In this document: positions 27,257 to 40,300 of the stretch, in pieces
Numbering within the stretch: position 1 is the stretch's first letter
How the letters are laid out: each line of letters opens with the position of its first letter
Assembly (NCBI RefSeq): GCF_902713615.1
Contig: NC_052172.1
Location: 6,739,337 to 6,803,336, forward strand
Origin: Scyliorhinus canicula
Lineage: Eukaryota
Reading direction: 5' to 3'
DNA length: 64,000 nucleotides
Made by a program: the position numbers and the translations under genes
The notes under the pieces: model-generated
Databases searched by the model: none
Told to the model about the DNA's origin: nothing
The model's input: the letters and a program-made list of their open reading frames with translations, nothing else

Positions 27257-27620
27257 ATAGATTACATGTAGAATTTACAGTGCAGAAGGAGGCCATTCGG
27301 CCCATCGAGTCTGCGCCGGCTCTTGGAAAGAGCACCCTACCCCCTATCCAAGGTCAACACCTCCACCCTATCCCCATTACCCAGTAACCCCACCCAACAC
27401 TAAGGGCAATTTTGGATACTCAGGGCAATTGATCATGGCCAATCCACCTAACCCGCACATCTTTGGACTGTGGGAGGAAACCGGAGCACCCGGAGGTAAC
27501 CCACGCACACACGGGGAGGATGTGCAGACTCCGCACAGACAGTGACCCAAGCCGGAATCGAACCTGGGACCCTGGAGCTGTGAAGCGATTGTGCTGTCCA
27601 CAAGGCTACCGTGCTGCCCC
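27257..27620 (-). mobile_element. Full-length HE1 SINE
   Basis: Reverse complement of the 9240-9578 type. Confidence 0.9.
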
Positions 27621-27769
27621 CACACAAACGCTTAAGGTGACACACACGCACACGCACACACAAACTCGTTTACAGTAACTAACACACAGACACACACACA
27701 CAGACTTGCACACTCACTCCCACACACTCATGCACAGAGACAGGCACACTCACATGTACTCAGACATTC

Positions 27770-29205
27770 ACATGCACACACTCTCGCTCACCCTTCCCTT
27801 CTTGTCTCTGTCTACCTCCTTCGTCTATTCTCTCTCACTCTCACTGTCTCACTCTCTTTTTCTCCCTCCCTCCCCTTCAGATTCTTCCCTCCCTCCCTCC
27901 CTCCCCCTCGTCCTATGCTCTCTTTCCCTGCCTTCCCTTCTCTCCTGGCCTCTCACCCATTCCCTCTCCCTCTCTCCTCTCCCTCATTTCTCTCCCCCTC
28001 CCTCTCTCCCTTCTCTCCCCCTCCCTCCCTCCCTTCTCTCCCCCTCCCTCCCTTCCTTCTCTCCCCCTCCCTCCCTTCTCTCCCCCTCCCTCCCTTCTCT
28101 CCCCCTCCCTCCCTTCTCTCCCCCTCCCGCCCTTCTCTCCCCCTCCCTCCCTTCTCTCCCCCCTCCCTCCCTTCTCTCTCCCCCTCCCTCCCCTCCCTCC
28201 CTTCTCTCCCCCTCCCTCCCTTCTCTCCCCCTCCCTCCCTTCTCTCCCCCTCCGTCCCTTCTCTCCCCCCTCCGTCCCTTCTCTCCCCCTCCCTCCCTCT
28301 CCCTCCCTTCTCTCCCCCACCCGCCCGCTCTCTCCCCCTTCGTCCCTCTCCTGCTCCCCTCCTTCCCATCTCTCTATCCTCTTCTCTCCCCCTCCATTCC
28401 TCCCTCTCTGACCCTCCCTCCCCTGCTTTTTTCTCATCTTCCTCTCTCTCCATCTCTCACTCCCCCTTCCCTCCTTCTCTTTCCCCCTCCCTCCTTCTCT
28501 TCCCCCTCCCTCCTTCTCTTCCCCCTCCCTCCTTCTCTTCCCCCTCCCTCCTTCTCTTCCCCCTCCCCTCCTTCTCTTTCCCCCCTCCCTCCTTCTCTTT
28601 CCCCCTCCCTCCTTCTCTTTCCCCCTCCCTCCTTCTCTTTCCCCCTCCCTCCTTCTCTTTCCCCCCTCTCTCCTTCTCTTTCCCCCTCCCTCCTTCTCTT
28701 CCCCCTCCCTCCTTCTCTTCCCCCTCCCTCCTTCTCTTCCCCCTCCCTCCTTCTCTTTCCCCCTCCCTCCTTCTCTTTCCCCCTCCCTCCTTCTCTTTCC
28801 CCCTCCCTCCTTCTCTTTCCCCCTCCCTCCTTCTCTTTCCCCCTCTCTCCTTCTCTTTCCCCCTCTCTCCTTCTCTTTCCTCCTCTCTCCACCTCCCTCA
28901 ATATCCCCTTCCCTCACTCTCCCTTTCTGCCTCTTGCGCCCACCCACACTCTCTCTCCCCTCCCTCAACACCTCTCTTCCTCTCCCCCCTCCTTGTCTCC
29001 TTCCCCCTCTCTCGCCACCTCCCTCCCTCTCTTGCCACCTCCCTCCCTCTCTCACCCGCTCCCTCCCTCCCTCTCACCACCTCCCTCCCTCTCCCCCACA
29101 TTCCTTCCCTCTCCCCCTCTTTTCCTCTTTCTCCCCCTCCCTCCCTCTCTTCCTCACTTTCTCTCCCCCTCCTTCCCTCCCTCTCCCTCCCCTCTCCCTC
29201 CCCTC
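27770..29205. repeat. ~1.4-kb polypyrimidine/polypurine tract ((CCCTCCCTTCTCTCC)n and (CCCTCCCTCCTTCTCTTTCC)n)
   Basis: Seen directly; almost no purines on the plus strand. Confidence 0.97.
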
Positions 29206-29230
29206 TATACACATTCTGTGTAACTCTTAC

Positions 29231-29408
29231 CAACTGCTGCGTAATATGCCGCAAATCCAGTGTAGCGTTCCTCGTTGGAGAAATTGGATACAAACGTCAC
29301 CTTCATCCAGTTTCCAGTGGTGTAGTACTCAAGGGGGAATTGGAACTCCATCTCCACTCTGTCCTTGCTGCCACAGATTGGTGGATGAAGAGCTTTTTCA
29401 CTAAAAAC
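29231..29408 (-). CDS. C1S: C1s-like exon, second half of CUB1 ([15 protein letters not shown]...[24 protein letters not shown])
   Basis: Translated by hand. Acceptor tcccag and donor gtaaga, 178 nt (phase 0 to 1). Matches C1s SDFSNEERFTGFAAYY. Confidence 0.92.
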
Positions 29409-29709
29409 CTGGGAAATGAGAACAGGAAATGATTAGCATCTCTTCGAATGTGAGATCCTCAAAGAGACAGAAAGGGATAGAGGGAAGCAGGGATGGAAGG
29501 AGGGAATTTTATGGGAGACAGACTGACGGACACAGAGGGACATACGGATATGCAGTAGACAAACAGGCCATTCGGCCCTCTTCGTAATATTATTATCTTT
29601 CTATCCCTTCGTCCTTCATGTGCATATCCAGTTTCCCCCTGAAATACATCAGCACTCAATGAAAGGTCAGGAGATCCGACAAGGTGATTCAAATGGAGGT
29701 TTATTTTAT

Positions 29710-30050
29710 TCATTGGACGTGAGCATCACTGGCTGGACCAGCATTTATTGCCCATCTCTAATTGCCTTTGAGGGGGCAATTAAGAGTCAACCACATTGCT
29801 GTGATTCTGGAGTCACATGTAGGCCAGACCAGGGAAGACGGCAGATTTCCTTCCCTAAAGGACATTACCGAACCAGACGGGTTTTTACAGCAATCGACAA
29901 TGGTCATCGTGAGATTTTAAATCCAAGATATTTTAGTGAGTTTGAATTCCACCACCTGCCGTGGCGGGATTCGAATCCAGATGCCCAGAGCATTATCCAG
30001 GGTTTCTGGATTACTAGTCCAGCGACAATACCTCCACACCACCGCCTCTC
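29710..30050 (-). mobile_element. tRNA-headed SINE of a different family
   Basis: Minus head ggaggcggtggtgtggaggtattgtcgctggactagtaatccagaaac...ggattcgaatcccgccacggc has A/B-box-like motifs. Confidence 0.65.
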
Positions 30051-30841
30051 CTTAATTACTTATCACCAACAGATCCCAACCGGGACTACAGATCATGCCA
30101 GTCACAATGTGGGCCATTTTTAAAGAGTGGATTCCATGGACCCCAGCTGATAGGGTCATCCCCGTGGGTCCCGTAAGGGTTATTTACATATTCCCTGTGG
30201 CAAAGACTTCCTCATCCTCACCACACTCTCCAGATAAGCAAATTGTCTTCTGAGCTCCTGATTGGATTCCTCGTTATTGTCTTCGACTCCTGTTTTGCTT
30301 CCCCCCCTCCCCCTTCACCCTTCCCCCTCACCCTCCATAAAAGGGGAAACACCCTCTCTGTGTCAACTCGATCAAAACCTTTCAAAATGTTAACTGTGAC
30401 TCACTTCAGCATTAGTTTTCCTCTGTCTGAGAAGATAGACCATCAGCATCGCAAATAGTTTGTGCAACCTCTCAGGTGCCGTTACATCTTATAATAGATC
30501 AGTAGATAAACAGAGACAGGTGATAAACATATAAAGCCATGATAGAGAGTCAGTTGGATAGATAGAGAGAGAGTGAGAGACAGACCACTAGACAGACAGA
30601 TAAAGGAGACAGATGATGGATAAACAGAGTGAGGTAGACGAGAGACAGAAATGGATAGAGAGATACTGAGAGAGATGTTTGAAATTAATGGACGTATAAT
30701 GGATATACTGACATTTAGCAAGATTTAAGAATTCTAGCTGAGAAAAATAAGACACACAGGAAGCGACATTGCTGTTTGGAGGAGAGGCTCATCATTCAAT
30801 CCACGAGGGCTGAAGCATTGTTTGCCACAGAAAAGGATTAC

Positions 30842-31058
30842 CTGCACATGATCATAGGCACAATCTGGGGTTGGCTCAATGTCGATGTGGGTGAAGGACA
30901 GTCTGATGCCGTAGCCAGTGGCAACCTGGATCTCCCAGCTCTGCTGCACATCATTGGGGTAACGCTGGGGGTAATCGCGAGACGTGATCTGGCCTTGCAG
31001 CCCACACATCGAGATGATGCAGGAGGCCGAAGGCAGCAAGAGGAGAGAGAAAGTCAGC
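30842..31058 (-). CDS. C1S: C1s-like exon, signal peptide plus first half of CUB1 (LTFSLLLLPSASCIISMCGLQGQITSRDYPQRYPNDVQQSWEIQVATGYGIRLSFTHIDIEPTPDCAYDHVQ)
   Basis: ORF 30734..31126. Acceptor ctttag and donor gtaatc, 217 nt (phase 2 to 0). Matches C1s GYGIHLYFTHLDIE...CAYDSVQ. Confidence 0.92.
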
Positions 31059-31302
31059 CTAAAGCAGCAAGAGAAACACATACACACAAACTGAATACAC
31101 CAAGGAAAACAGGGCAGCGGACACAAATATTCCTCATTGTTCCAGATTAGTTATTCTTCCACTCCCTGCCCAATTCACACCCTTATCTACATAACCCCGA
31201 ACAGGCGCCGGAATGTGGCGACTAGGGGCTTTTCACAGTAACTTCATTTGAAGCCTACTCGTGACAATAAGCAATTTTCATTTTCATAACCATCTGCAAT
31301 GT

Positions 31303-34300
31303 CAGAGGGCCAGTACTGAAGGAGTGCTGCACTGTCAGGGGATCAGCACTGAGGGAGTGCCGCACTGTCAGAGGGTCAGTACTCAGGGAGTGCTGCACAG
31401 TCAGTGGGTCAGTACTGAGGGAGTGCTCCACTGTCAGAGGGTCAGTACTGAGGGAGTGCTGCACTGTCAGAGGGGCAGTACTGAGGGAGTCCTGCAGTCT
31501 CAGTGGGTCAGTACTGAGGCAGTGCTGCACTGTCAGAGGGTCAGTAATGAGGCAGCGCCGCTCTGACAGAGAGTCAGTACTCAGGGAGTGCTGCACAGTC
31601 AGTGGGTCAGTACTGAGGCAGTGCTGCACTGTCAGAGGGTCAGTACTGAGGGAGTGCTGCACTGTCAGAGGGGCAGTACTGAGGGAGTCCTGCAGTCTCA
31701 GTGGGTCAGTACTGAGGCAGTGCTGCACTGTCAGAAGGTCAGTAATGAGGCAGCGCCGCTCTGACAGAGAGTCAGTACTGAGGGAGTGCTGCACTGTCAG
31801 AGGGTCAGTACTGAGGGAGTGCTGCACAGTCAGTGGGTCAGTACTGAGGCAGTGCTGCACTGTCAGAGGGTCAGTAATGAGGCAGTGCCGCTCTGACAGA
31901 GGGTCAGTACTGAAGGACTGCTGCACTGTCACAGGGTCAGTACAGAGGCAGTGCTCCTCTCCCACGGGGGGGGGGTCAGTACTGAGTGTGTGCCGCACTG
32001 TCAGAGGTTTAGTACTGAGGGAGTGCTGCACTGTCAGTGGGTCAGTACTAAGTGAGTGCCGCACTGTCAGAGCATCAGTACTGACGGAGTATTGCACTGT
32101 CAAAGGATCAGTATTGAAGGAGTGCTGCACTGTCCCAGGATCAGTACTGAGGGAGTGCTGCACTTTCAGAGGGTCAGTACTGAGAGGATATTGCACTGTC
32201 AATGGATCAGTACTGACGGAGTGCCGCACTGTCAGAAGGTCAGTATTCAGGGAGTGCTGCACTGTCAGAGGGTCAGTACTGAGTGAGTGCTCCACTGTCA
32301 CAGGGTCAGTATTGAGGGAGCGTGGCTCTGCCAGAGGGTTAGTACTGAGGGAGTGATGCACTGTCAGGGGCTCAGTACTGAGGGAGTGCCGCAGTGTCAG
32401 TGTCAGGGTCACAACTCTGACAGTGCACCACTCCCTCGATACTGACCCTCTGACAGTGCAGTACTCCCTCAGTACTGACCTTCTAACTGTGCACCACTCC
32501 ATCAGTCCTGACCCTCTGACTGTGTTTCACTCCCTCAGTATTGACCCTCTGACAGTGCAGCACTCACTCAGTACTGACCCTCTGACAATGCAGCACTGTC
32601 TCAGTACTGACCCTCTGACAATGCAGCACTTGCTCAGTACTGACTCCCTGACAGGGCGGCACTCCCTCAGAACTGACCGTCAAACAGTGCAACATTCCCT
32701 CAATACTGATCCTTTGACAGTGTAATACTCCCTCAGTACTGACGTCTGACCGTGCAGCACTGCCTCAGTACGAACCCTCTGGCAGAGCCACGCTCCCTCA
32801 GTACTAACCTTCTGACAGTGCGGCACTCCGTCAGTACTGACCCTCTGGCAGTGCAATACTCTCTCAGTACTGAACCTCTGACAGTGCAGCAATGCCTGAG
32901 TAGTGACCCTCTGACAGTGCAGCAGTCCCTCCGTACTGACCCTCTGATAGTGCAGCACTCCCTCAGTACTGACCCTCTGACAGTGCGGCACTCCCTCAAT
33001 ACTGATCCTTTGACAGTGCATCACTCCCTGAATACTGATCATTTGACAGTGCGGCACTCACTTAGTACAGACCCTCTAATAGTGCAGCACTCCCTCAGTA
33101 CTGACCCTCTGACAGAGCAGCACTCCCTCAATACTATACCTCTCACAGTGCGGCACTCACTCAGTAGTAACCCACTGACAGTGCAGCACTGCCTCAATAC
33201 TGACCCTCTGACAGTGCAACACTCCCTCAGTACTAAACCTATGACAGTGCTGCACTCCCTCAGTACTGACCCTCAGACAAAACGGCACTCCCTCTGTTCT
33301 GACCCTCTGGCAGAGCCACGCTCCCTCAGTACTGACCCTCTGACAGTGCGGCGCTCCCTCAGTACTAACCTTCTGACAGTGCAGCACTCTCTCAATACTG
33401 ATCCTTTGACAGCGCAATACTCTCTCAGTACTGAACCTCTGAAAGTGCAGCACTGCCTCAGTACTGACCCTCTGACAGTGCAGCACTCCCTCAGTTCTGA
33501 CCCTCTGACAGTGCGGCACTCCCTCAGTACTGACCCTCTGACAGTGCGGGACTCCCTCAGTACTGACCCTCTGACGGTGCAGCACTCCCTCAGTACTGAC
33601 CCTCTGACAGTGCAGCACTACCTGAGTAGTGACCCTCTGACAGTGCAGTAGTCCCTCCGTACTGACCCTCCGACAGTGCGGCGCTCCCTCAATACTGATC
33701 CTTTGACAGTGCAGTACTCCCTCAGTACTGATGATCTGACAGTGTGGCACTCACCTAGTACAGACCCACTGACAGTGCCGCACTGTCTCAGTATTAACCC
33801 TCTGACAATGCAGCACACCCTCAATACTAAACCTCTGACAGTGCGGCACTCCCTCAGTACTGCCCCTCCGACAGTGCAGCACTCCCTCAGTACTGACCCT
33901 CCGACAGTGCAGCACTCCCTCAGTACTGACCCTCTGACAGTGCAGCACTCCCTCAGTACTGACCCTCTGACAGTGCGGCACTCCCTCAGTACTGACCCTC
34001 TGACAATGCTGCCTCAATACTGACCCTGTGACAGGGCAGCACTCCCTCTGTACTGACCCTCTGACAGTGAAGCTTCAATACTTTTTTTTTTATAAATGTT
34101 TTTTATTGAGTTTTCATATTTTATACATGACAAATTACAAATTATTAGAGAGAGAGAAAAAAAAAGAAAACACAAAAATTTAACATGAATATTTACAGGT
34201 AAGCATCTTCATAACAACAATTGTGGCCGCCCCCTTTAGCCAGCATACATATTTTACATTCCCCAATATGGCCGAGGCACATGTTTATAGGCATTTATTT

Positions 34301-37300
34301 ATAGTTTGGTTTTGGGCCTTGGCTTGCCATCAAACCCCCATAACGAGCCCGTAACCCCCCCCCCCCCCCGCCCTCCCCCCGGCTACCTTCCCCCGATTCC
34401 CGTCCATTTTCCCCTGGTTCTTGGCCACCCGACTATTCTTCCTCATGTACGTTGGCCACAAACAGGTCCCGGAACAGTTGCATGAATGGCTCCCACGTAC
34501 TGTGGAAGCCGTCGTCCGACCCTCGGATGGCGAATTTGATTTTCTCCATTTGGAGAGATTCCGAGAGGTCGGACAGCCAGTCTGCAGCTCTGGGTGGTGC
34601 TGCTGACCGCCAGCCAAACAGGATTCTACGGCGGGCAATCAGGGAGGCAAAGGCAAGGGCGTCCGCCCTCCTCCCCAGGAATAGATCTGGCTGGTCTGAA
34701 ACCCCGAAGACCGCCACTATCGGGCATGGCTCCACCCTCACCCCCACCACTTTGGACATAGCCTCGAAGAAGGCTGTCCAGTACTCCACAAGTCTGGGGC
34801 AAGACCAGAACATGTGGACGTGGTTGGCCGGGCCTCTTTGGCACCGCTCACATCTGTCCTCCACCTCCGGGAAGAACCTACTCATACGGTTTCTCGTTAA
34901 GTGGGCTCTATGTACCACTTTTAGTTGCGTCAGGCTGAGCCTTGCGCACGTGGAGGTGGAGTTGACCCTATGCAGTGCTTCGCTCCAGAATCCCCACCCT
35001 ATCTCCATCCCCAGGTCGTCCTCCCATTTCCTTCTTGCTGCGTCCAGTACGGTGTCATCCCTATCTACCAGTCGGTCATACATGTCACTACAGTTCCCTT
35101 TCTCTAGGATACTTGCGTCCAGTAGGTCTTCCAGTAGTGTCTGTCGTGGCGGTTGTGGGTATGTCCTTGTCTCCTTTCGTAGGAAGTTTTTGAGCTGCAG
35201 GTACCGTAGCTCGTTCCCCCCAGCTAGCTGAAATTTCTCTGTCAGTTCGTCCAGTGTTGCGATCCTGTCGTCCGTGTATAGGTCCCTGACTGTCAGTGTC
35301 CCCCCGTCCTGCCTCCACCTTTTGAAGGTGGCGTCAGTCAGTGCTGGTTTGAACCTATGGTTGTTGCAGATGGGAGCCTTGTCCGACATTTTGTACAGGC
35401 CAAATTGCTGCCGCAGTTGGTTCCAGGATTGGAGGGTGGCTGTCACCACTGGGCTGGTGGAGTGTTTTTTGGGTGGGGATGGGAGTGCTGCCGTGGCGAG
35501 GGCCCGGAGGGAGGTTCCCATGCAGGAGGCCTCCTCCGCACGCACCCACTCGGCTTCTGGCTCCTGGATCCATCCCCTTACTCGCTTGGCTGTTGCCGCC
35601 CAGTGGTAGAATTGTAGATTCGGGAGGGCTAGCCCCCCCCCTGGATTTTGTTTTTTGTATGACCTTCTTTGGGATCCTAGCATTTTTACCCCCCCATATG
35701 AACGCCATGATATGTTTGTCCAGCGCTTTGAAAAAGGCCTTGGGGATGTAGATCGGAATGGATCTAAACAGGAAGAGGAACCTGGGCAGTACGTTCATTT
35801 TGATCGTCTGGACTCTTCCCGCGAGGGAGAGTGGGAGTGTGTTCCATCTTTGCAGGTCCTTTTTAACTTCCTCCGTCAGGCTGGTGAGGTTCCATTTGTG
35901 GATCCCTTTCCAGTCATTGGCTATTTGGATCCCCAGGTAGCGGAATTTATTTCGGGCTTGTTTGAACGGCAGCCCCTTTAGTGCTCCCCCCCCCCCCCTT
36001 ACGGGTGTACTGGGAAGATCTCGCTTTTGCTCATGTTGAGTTTGTAGCCCGAGAAGGCTCCAAACTCTTTCAGGAGCGCGATGATTCCGTCCATGCTGCT
36101 TTGTGGGTCCGAGATATAGAGGAGAAGATCATCCGCATAGAGTGAGACTCTGTGCTCTCTGCCTCCCCTTCGGATCCCCCTCCAATTTTTTGCTGCCCTG
36201 AGCGCGATTGCTAGCGGTTCGATTGCTAGTGCGAACAGCAGCGGGGACAGTGGGCATCCTTGTCTGGTGCCCCTGTGCAGCTGGAAGTATTGAGAGTTGG
36301 TATTGTTGGTCCATACACTCGCCATGGGAGCGTTGTATAGGAGCTTTACCCAAGCGGTGAACCCTGTTCCAAGCCCGAACTGCTCCAGTACCTCTATGAG
36401 GTATTTCCATTCGACTCTGTCGAAGGCCTTTTCTGCGTCCAGGGAGACGATCACCTCTTGTGTTCTCTCCCCGGAGGGGGTTATTATCACGTTCAGCAGG
36501 CGCCTGATGTTCGAGGTGAGCTGTCTACCTTTGACGAAGCCCGTCTGGTCCTCTGTGACCACCTCAGGTACACAGTCTTCTAGCCTTTTGGCTAGGATTT
36601 TGGCCAGTATTTTGGCGTCTGCGTTCAGCAGAGATATGGGTCTGTATGACCCACATTCCGTTGGGTCTTTGTCTTTCTTAGGTATCAGCGAGATTGAGGC
36701 CTGTGCTAACGTGGGTGGCAGTGTGCCCCTAGCTAGCGAGTCTGTGAACATCTCCCGCAGGTGCGGGGCCAGCGCTGTCGCAAATTCTTTGTAGAAGTCC
36801 GCCGGGAATCCGTCCGGTCCCGGCGCCTTCCCCGTCTGCATGGAGCTAATGCTCTCCATGATCTCTCCCAGTGCTAGTGGTGCTTCCAGATCCCGTTTTC
36901 TGCCCTCTCCCACGACTGGTATGTCCAGTCCGTCAAGAAACCGGTTCATCCCAGCCTTCTCCGTTGGGGGCTCTGAGGTGTACAGCTCTTGGTAGAAGGC
37001 CTTGAAAGTTTCGTTAATCCTCTCTGGTTCTGTTTCCCACGTGCCTCTGGTACCTCTGATTTGCGCAATTTCTCTGCTGGCAGACTGCTTTCTCAGCTGG
37101 TGTGCCAAAAGGCGGCTGGCTTTGTCTCCGTGTTCGTACAGGGTCCCGCGCGCCTGGCGGAGTTGGTGCACTGCTTTCCTGGTGGAGAGCAGGTCAAAGT
37201 TCCTTTGTAGTTCTTTTCTCTCCGCCAGGAGCTCTACGGTCGGGGCCTCGGAGTATTTACGGTCTACCTCCAGTATGGAGTCGACCAGCTTCTGCCTAGC

Positions 37301-40300
37301 CACCCTTTCCACCCTATCTCTTTGCCCTTTGTAGGCAATGATTTCCCCTCTTAGTACGGCCTTAAGCGCTTCCCAGAACGTGGAGGATGAGACCTCCCCG
37401 TTTTGGTTGTTCTCCGTGTATTCCGCTATGGCCCGCGCTATCCTTTCGCTGAAGGCCTTGTCAGCTAGAAAGGCACCGTCCAGCCTCCATGTGGGGCGCT
37501 GGGCCCTTCCCGTCTCCAGCCGCACGTCCATGTAGTGTGGGGCGTGGTCTGATATCACAATTGCGGAGTATTCCACGTTGTCTATCCCTGGAAGCACCGT
37601 TTTCCCCACCACAAAGAAGTCAATTCTGGTATACACGTTGTGTACTGGGGAGAAGAAAGAGAATTCTTTCTCCCACGGGTGGGCGAATCTCCAGGGGTCC
37701 ACTGCTCCCATCTGCTCCATATAGTGACTGAGTTCCCTTGCCATGTTTGAGGTTTTCCCCGTTCTGGGGTTTGATCTGTCCGTCTTTGGATCCTGTACAC
37801 AGTTGAAGTCCCCCCCAATGATTAGTCGGTGCGTGGAGCTTCAATACTGACCCGGTGACAGTGCAGCACTCACTCAGTAGTACTGACCCTCTGACAGTGC
37901 AGCACTGCCTCAGTACTGACCCACTGACAGTGCGGCACCCCCTCAGTACTGACCCTCTGACAGTGCGGCACTCCCTCAGTACTGACCCTCTGACAGTGCG
38001 GCACTCCTTCAGTACTGACCCTCTGACAGTGCAGCACTCCCTCAGTACTGACCCTCTGACAGTGCAGCACTCCCTCAGTACTGACCCTCTGACAGTGCGG
38101 CACTCCCTCAGTACTGACCCTCTGACAGTGCAACACTCCCTCAGTACTGACCCTCTGACAGTGCAACACTCCCTCAGTACTAACCCTCTGACAGTGCGGC
38201 ACTCCCTCAGTACTGACCCTCTGACAGTGCGGCACTCCCTCAGTACTGACCCTCTGACAGTGGAGCTTCAATACTGACCCGGTGACAGTGCAGCACTCCC
38301 TCAGTACTGACCCTCTGACAGTATGGCACTCCCTCAGTACTGACCCTCTGACAGTGCGGCACTCCCTCAGTACTGACCCTCTGACAGTGCGGCGCTCCCT
38401 CAGTACTGACCCACTGACAGTGCGGCACTCCCTCAGTACTGACCCTCTGACAGTGCGGCACTCCCTCAGTACTGACCCTCTGACAGTGCGGCACTCCTTC
38501 AGTACTGACCCTCTGACAGTGCAGCACTCCCTCAGTACTGACCCTCTGACAGTGCAGCACTCCCTCAGTACTGACCCTCTGACAGTGCAGCACTCCCTCA
38601 GTACTGACCCTCTGACAGTGCGGCACACCCTCAGTACTGACCCTCTGACAGTGCGGCACTCCCTCAGTACTGACCCTCTGACAGTGCAGCACTCCCTCAG
38701 TACTGACCCTCTGACAGTGCGGCACTCCCTCAGTACTGACCCTCTGACAGTGGAGCTTCAATACTGACCCGGTGACAGTGCAGCACTCACTCAGTAGTAC
38801 TGACCCTCTGAGAGTGCACCACTCCCTCGATACTGACCCTCTGACAGTGCAGCAGTCCTTCAGTACTGACCTTCTAACAGTGCACCATTCCATCAGTCCT
38901 GACCCTCTGACTGTGTGGCACTCCCTCAGTACTGACGCTCTGACAGTGCAGCACTCCCTCGGTATTGACCCTCTGACAGTGCAGCACTCACTCAGTACTG
39001 ACCCTCAGACAGTGCAGCATTCCCTCAGTTATGGCCCTCTGACAGTCCAGCACTCCCTCAATACTGACTCTCTGACAGTGTAGCACTCCATTAGTACGCC
39101 CCTCTGACAGTGCAGCACTCCTTCAGTACTGACCTTCTGACAGTGCGGCACTCCCTCAATAGTGACCCTCTGACAGTGCAGCACTGTAACAGTACTGACC
39201 CTCTGACAGGGCAGCAATTGCTCAATCCTGACCCCTTGGCAGTGCGGCACTCTCTCAATACTGATCGTTTGACAGTGTAATACTCCCTCAGCACTGGTGC
39301 TCTGACCGTGCAGAGGGTCAGTACTCAGTGAGTGCTGCACTGCCATAGGGTCAGTATTTAGGCTGCACTGTCAGACGGTCAGTACTGAGGGAGTGCTGCA
39401 CTGTCAGAGGATCAGTTCTGATGGAGTGCCGCACTGTCAGAGTGTCAGTACTGAGGGAGTACCCAACTGTCAGAGGGTCATTACTGAGGGAGTGCAGCAG
39501 TGTCAGAAGGTCAGTACTGAAGGAGTGCTGCACTGTCAGAGGGTCAGTACTGAGGGAGTGCAGCACTGTCAGAGTGTCAGTACTGAGGGAGTGCAGCACT
39601 GTCAGAGGGTCAGTACTGAGGGAGTGCGCCACTGTTCGAGGGTCAGTATTGAGGGAGTGCTGCACTGTCAGAGGATCAGTACTGAGTGACTGCTGCACTG
39701 TCACAGGGTCGGTATTGAGGTTGCACTGTCAGAGGGTCAATACCGAGGGAGTGCTGCACTGTCAGAGGGTCAGTACTGAGGGAGTGGCGCACTGTCAGAG
39801 GGTCAGTACTGAGGGAGTGCTGCACGGTCAGAGGGTCAGTACTGCGGGAGAGCTGCACTGTCAGAGGCTCAGTACTGAGGGAACGCTGCACTGTCAGAGG
39901 GTCAGTACTGATGTGAGTGCCGCACTGTCAGAGGGTCAGTACTGAGGGAGTGCTGCAGTGTCACAGGGCCAGTACTGAGGGAGCGCCACACTGTCAGTGG
40001 GTCAGTACTGAGGGAGTGCTGCATTGTCAGAGGGTCAGTACTGAGGGAGTGCCACACTGTCAGAGGGCCAGTACTGAGGGAGCGCCACACTGTCAGAGGG
40101 CCAGTACTGAGGGAGCGCCACACTGTCAGTGGGTCAGTACTGAGGGAGTGCTGCACTGTCAGAGGGTCAGTACTGAGCGACGCCGCTCTGTCACAGGGTA
40201 AGAACTGAGGGAGTGCTACAGTCTCAGAGGGTCAGTACTGAGACAGTGCTTCACTGTCAGAGGGTCAGTACTGAGGAAGAGCCGCTCTGTCAGAGGGTCA

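Noticed and set aside
27706-29432. 505-aa Pro/Ser/Leu ORFs and 380-aa Arg/Gly/Glu ORF
   Set aside because: Translation of a low-complexity CT tract.
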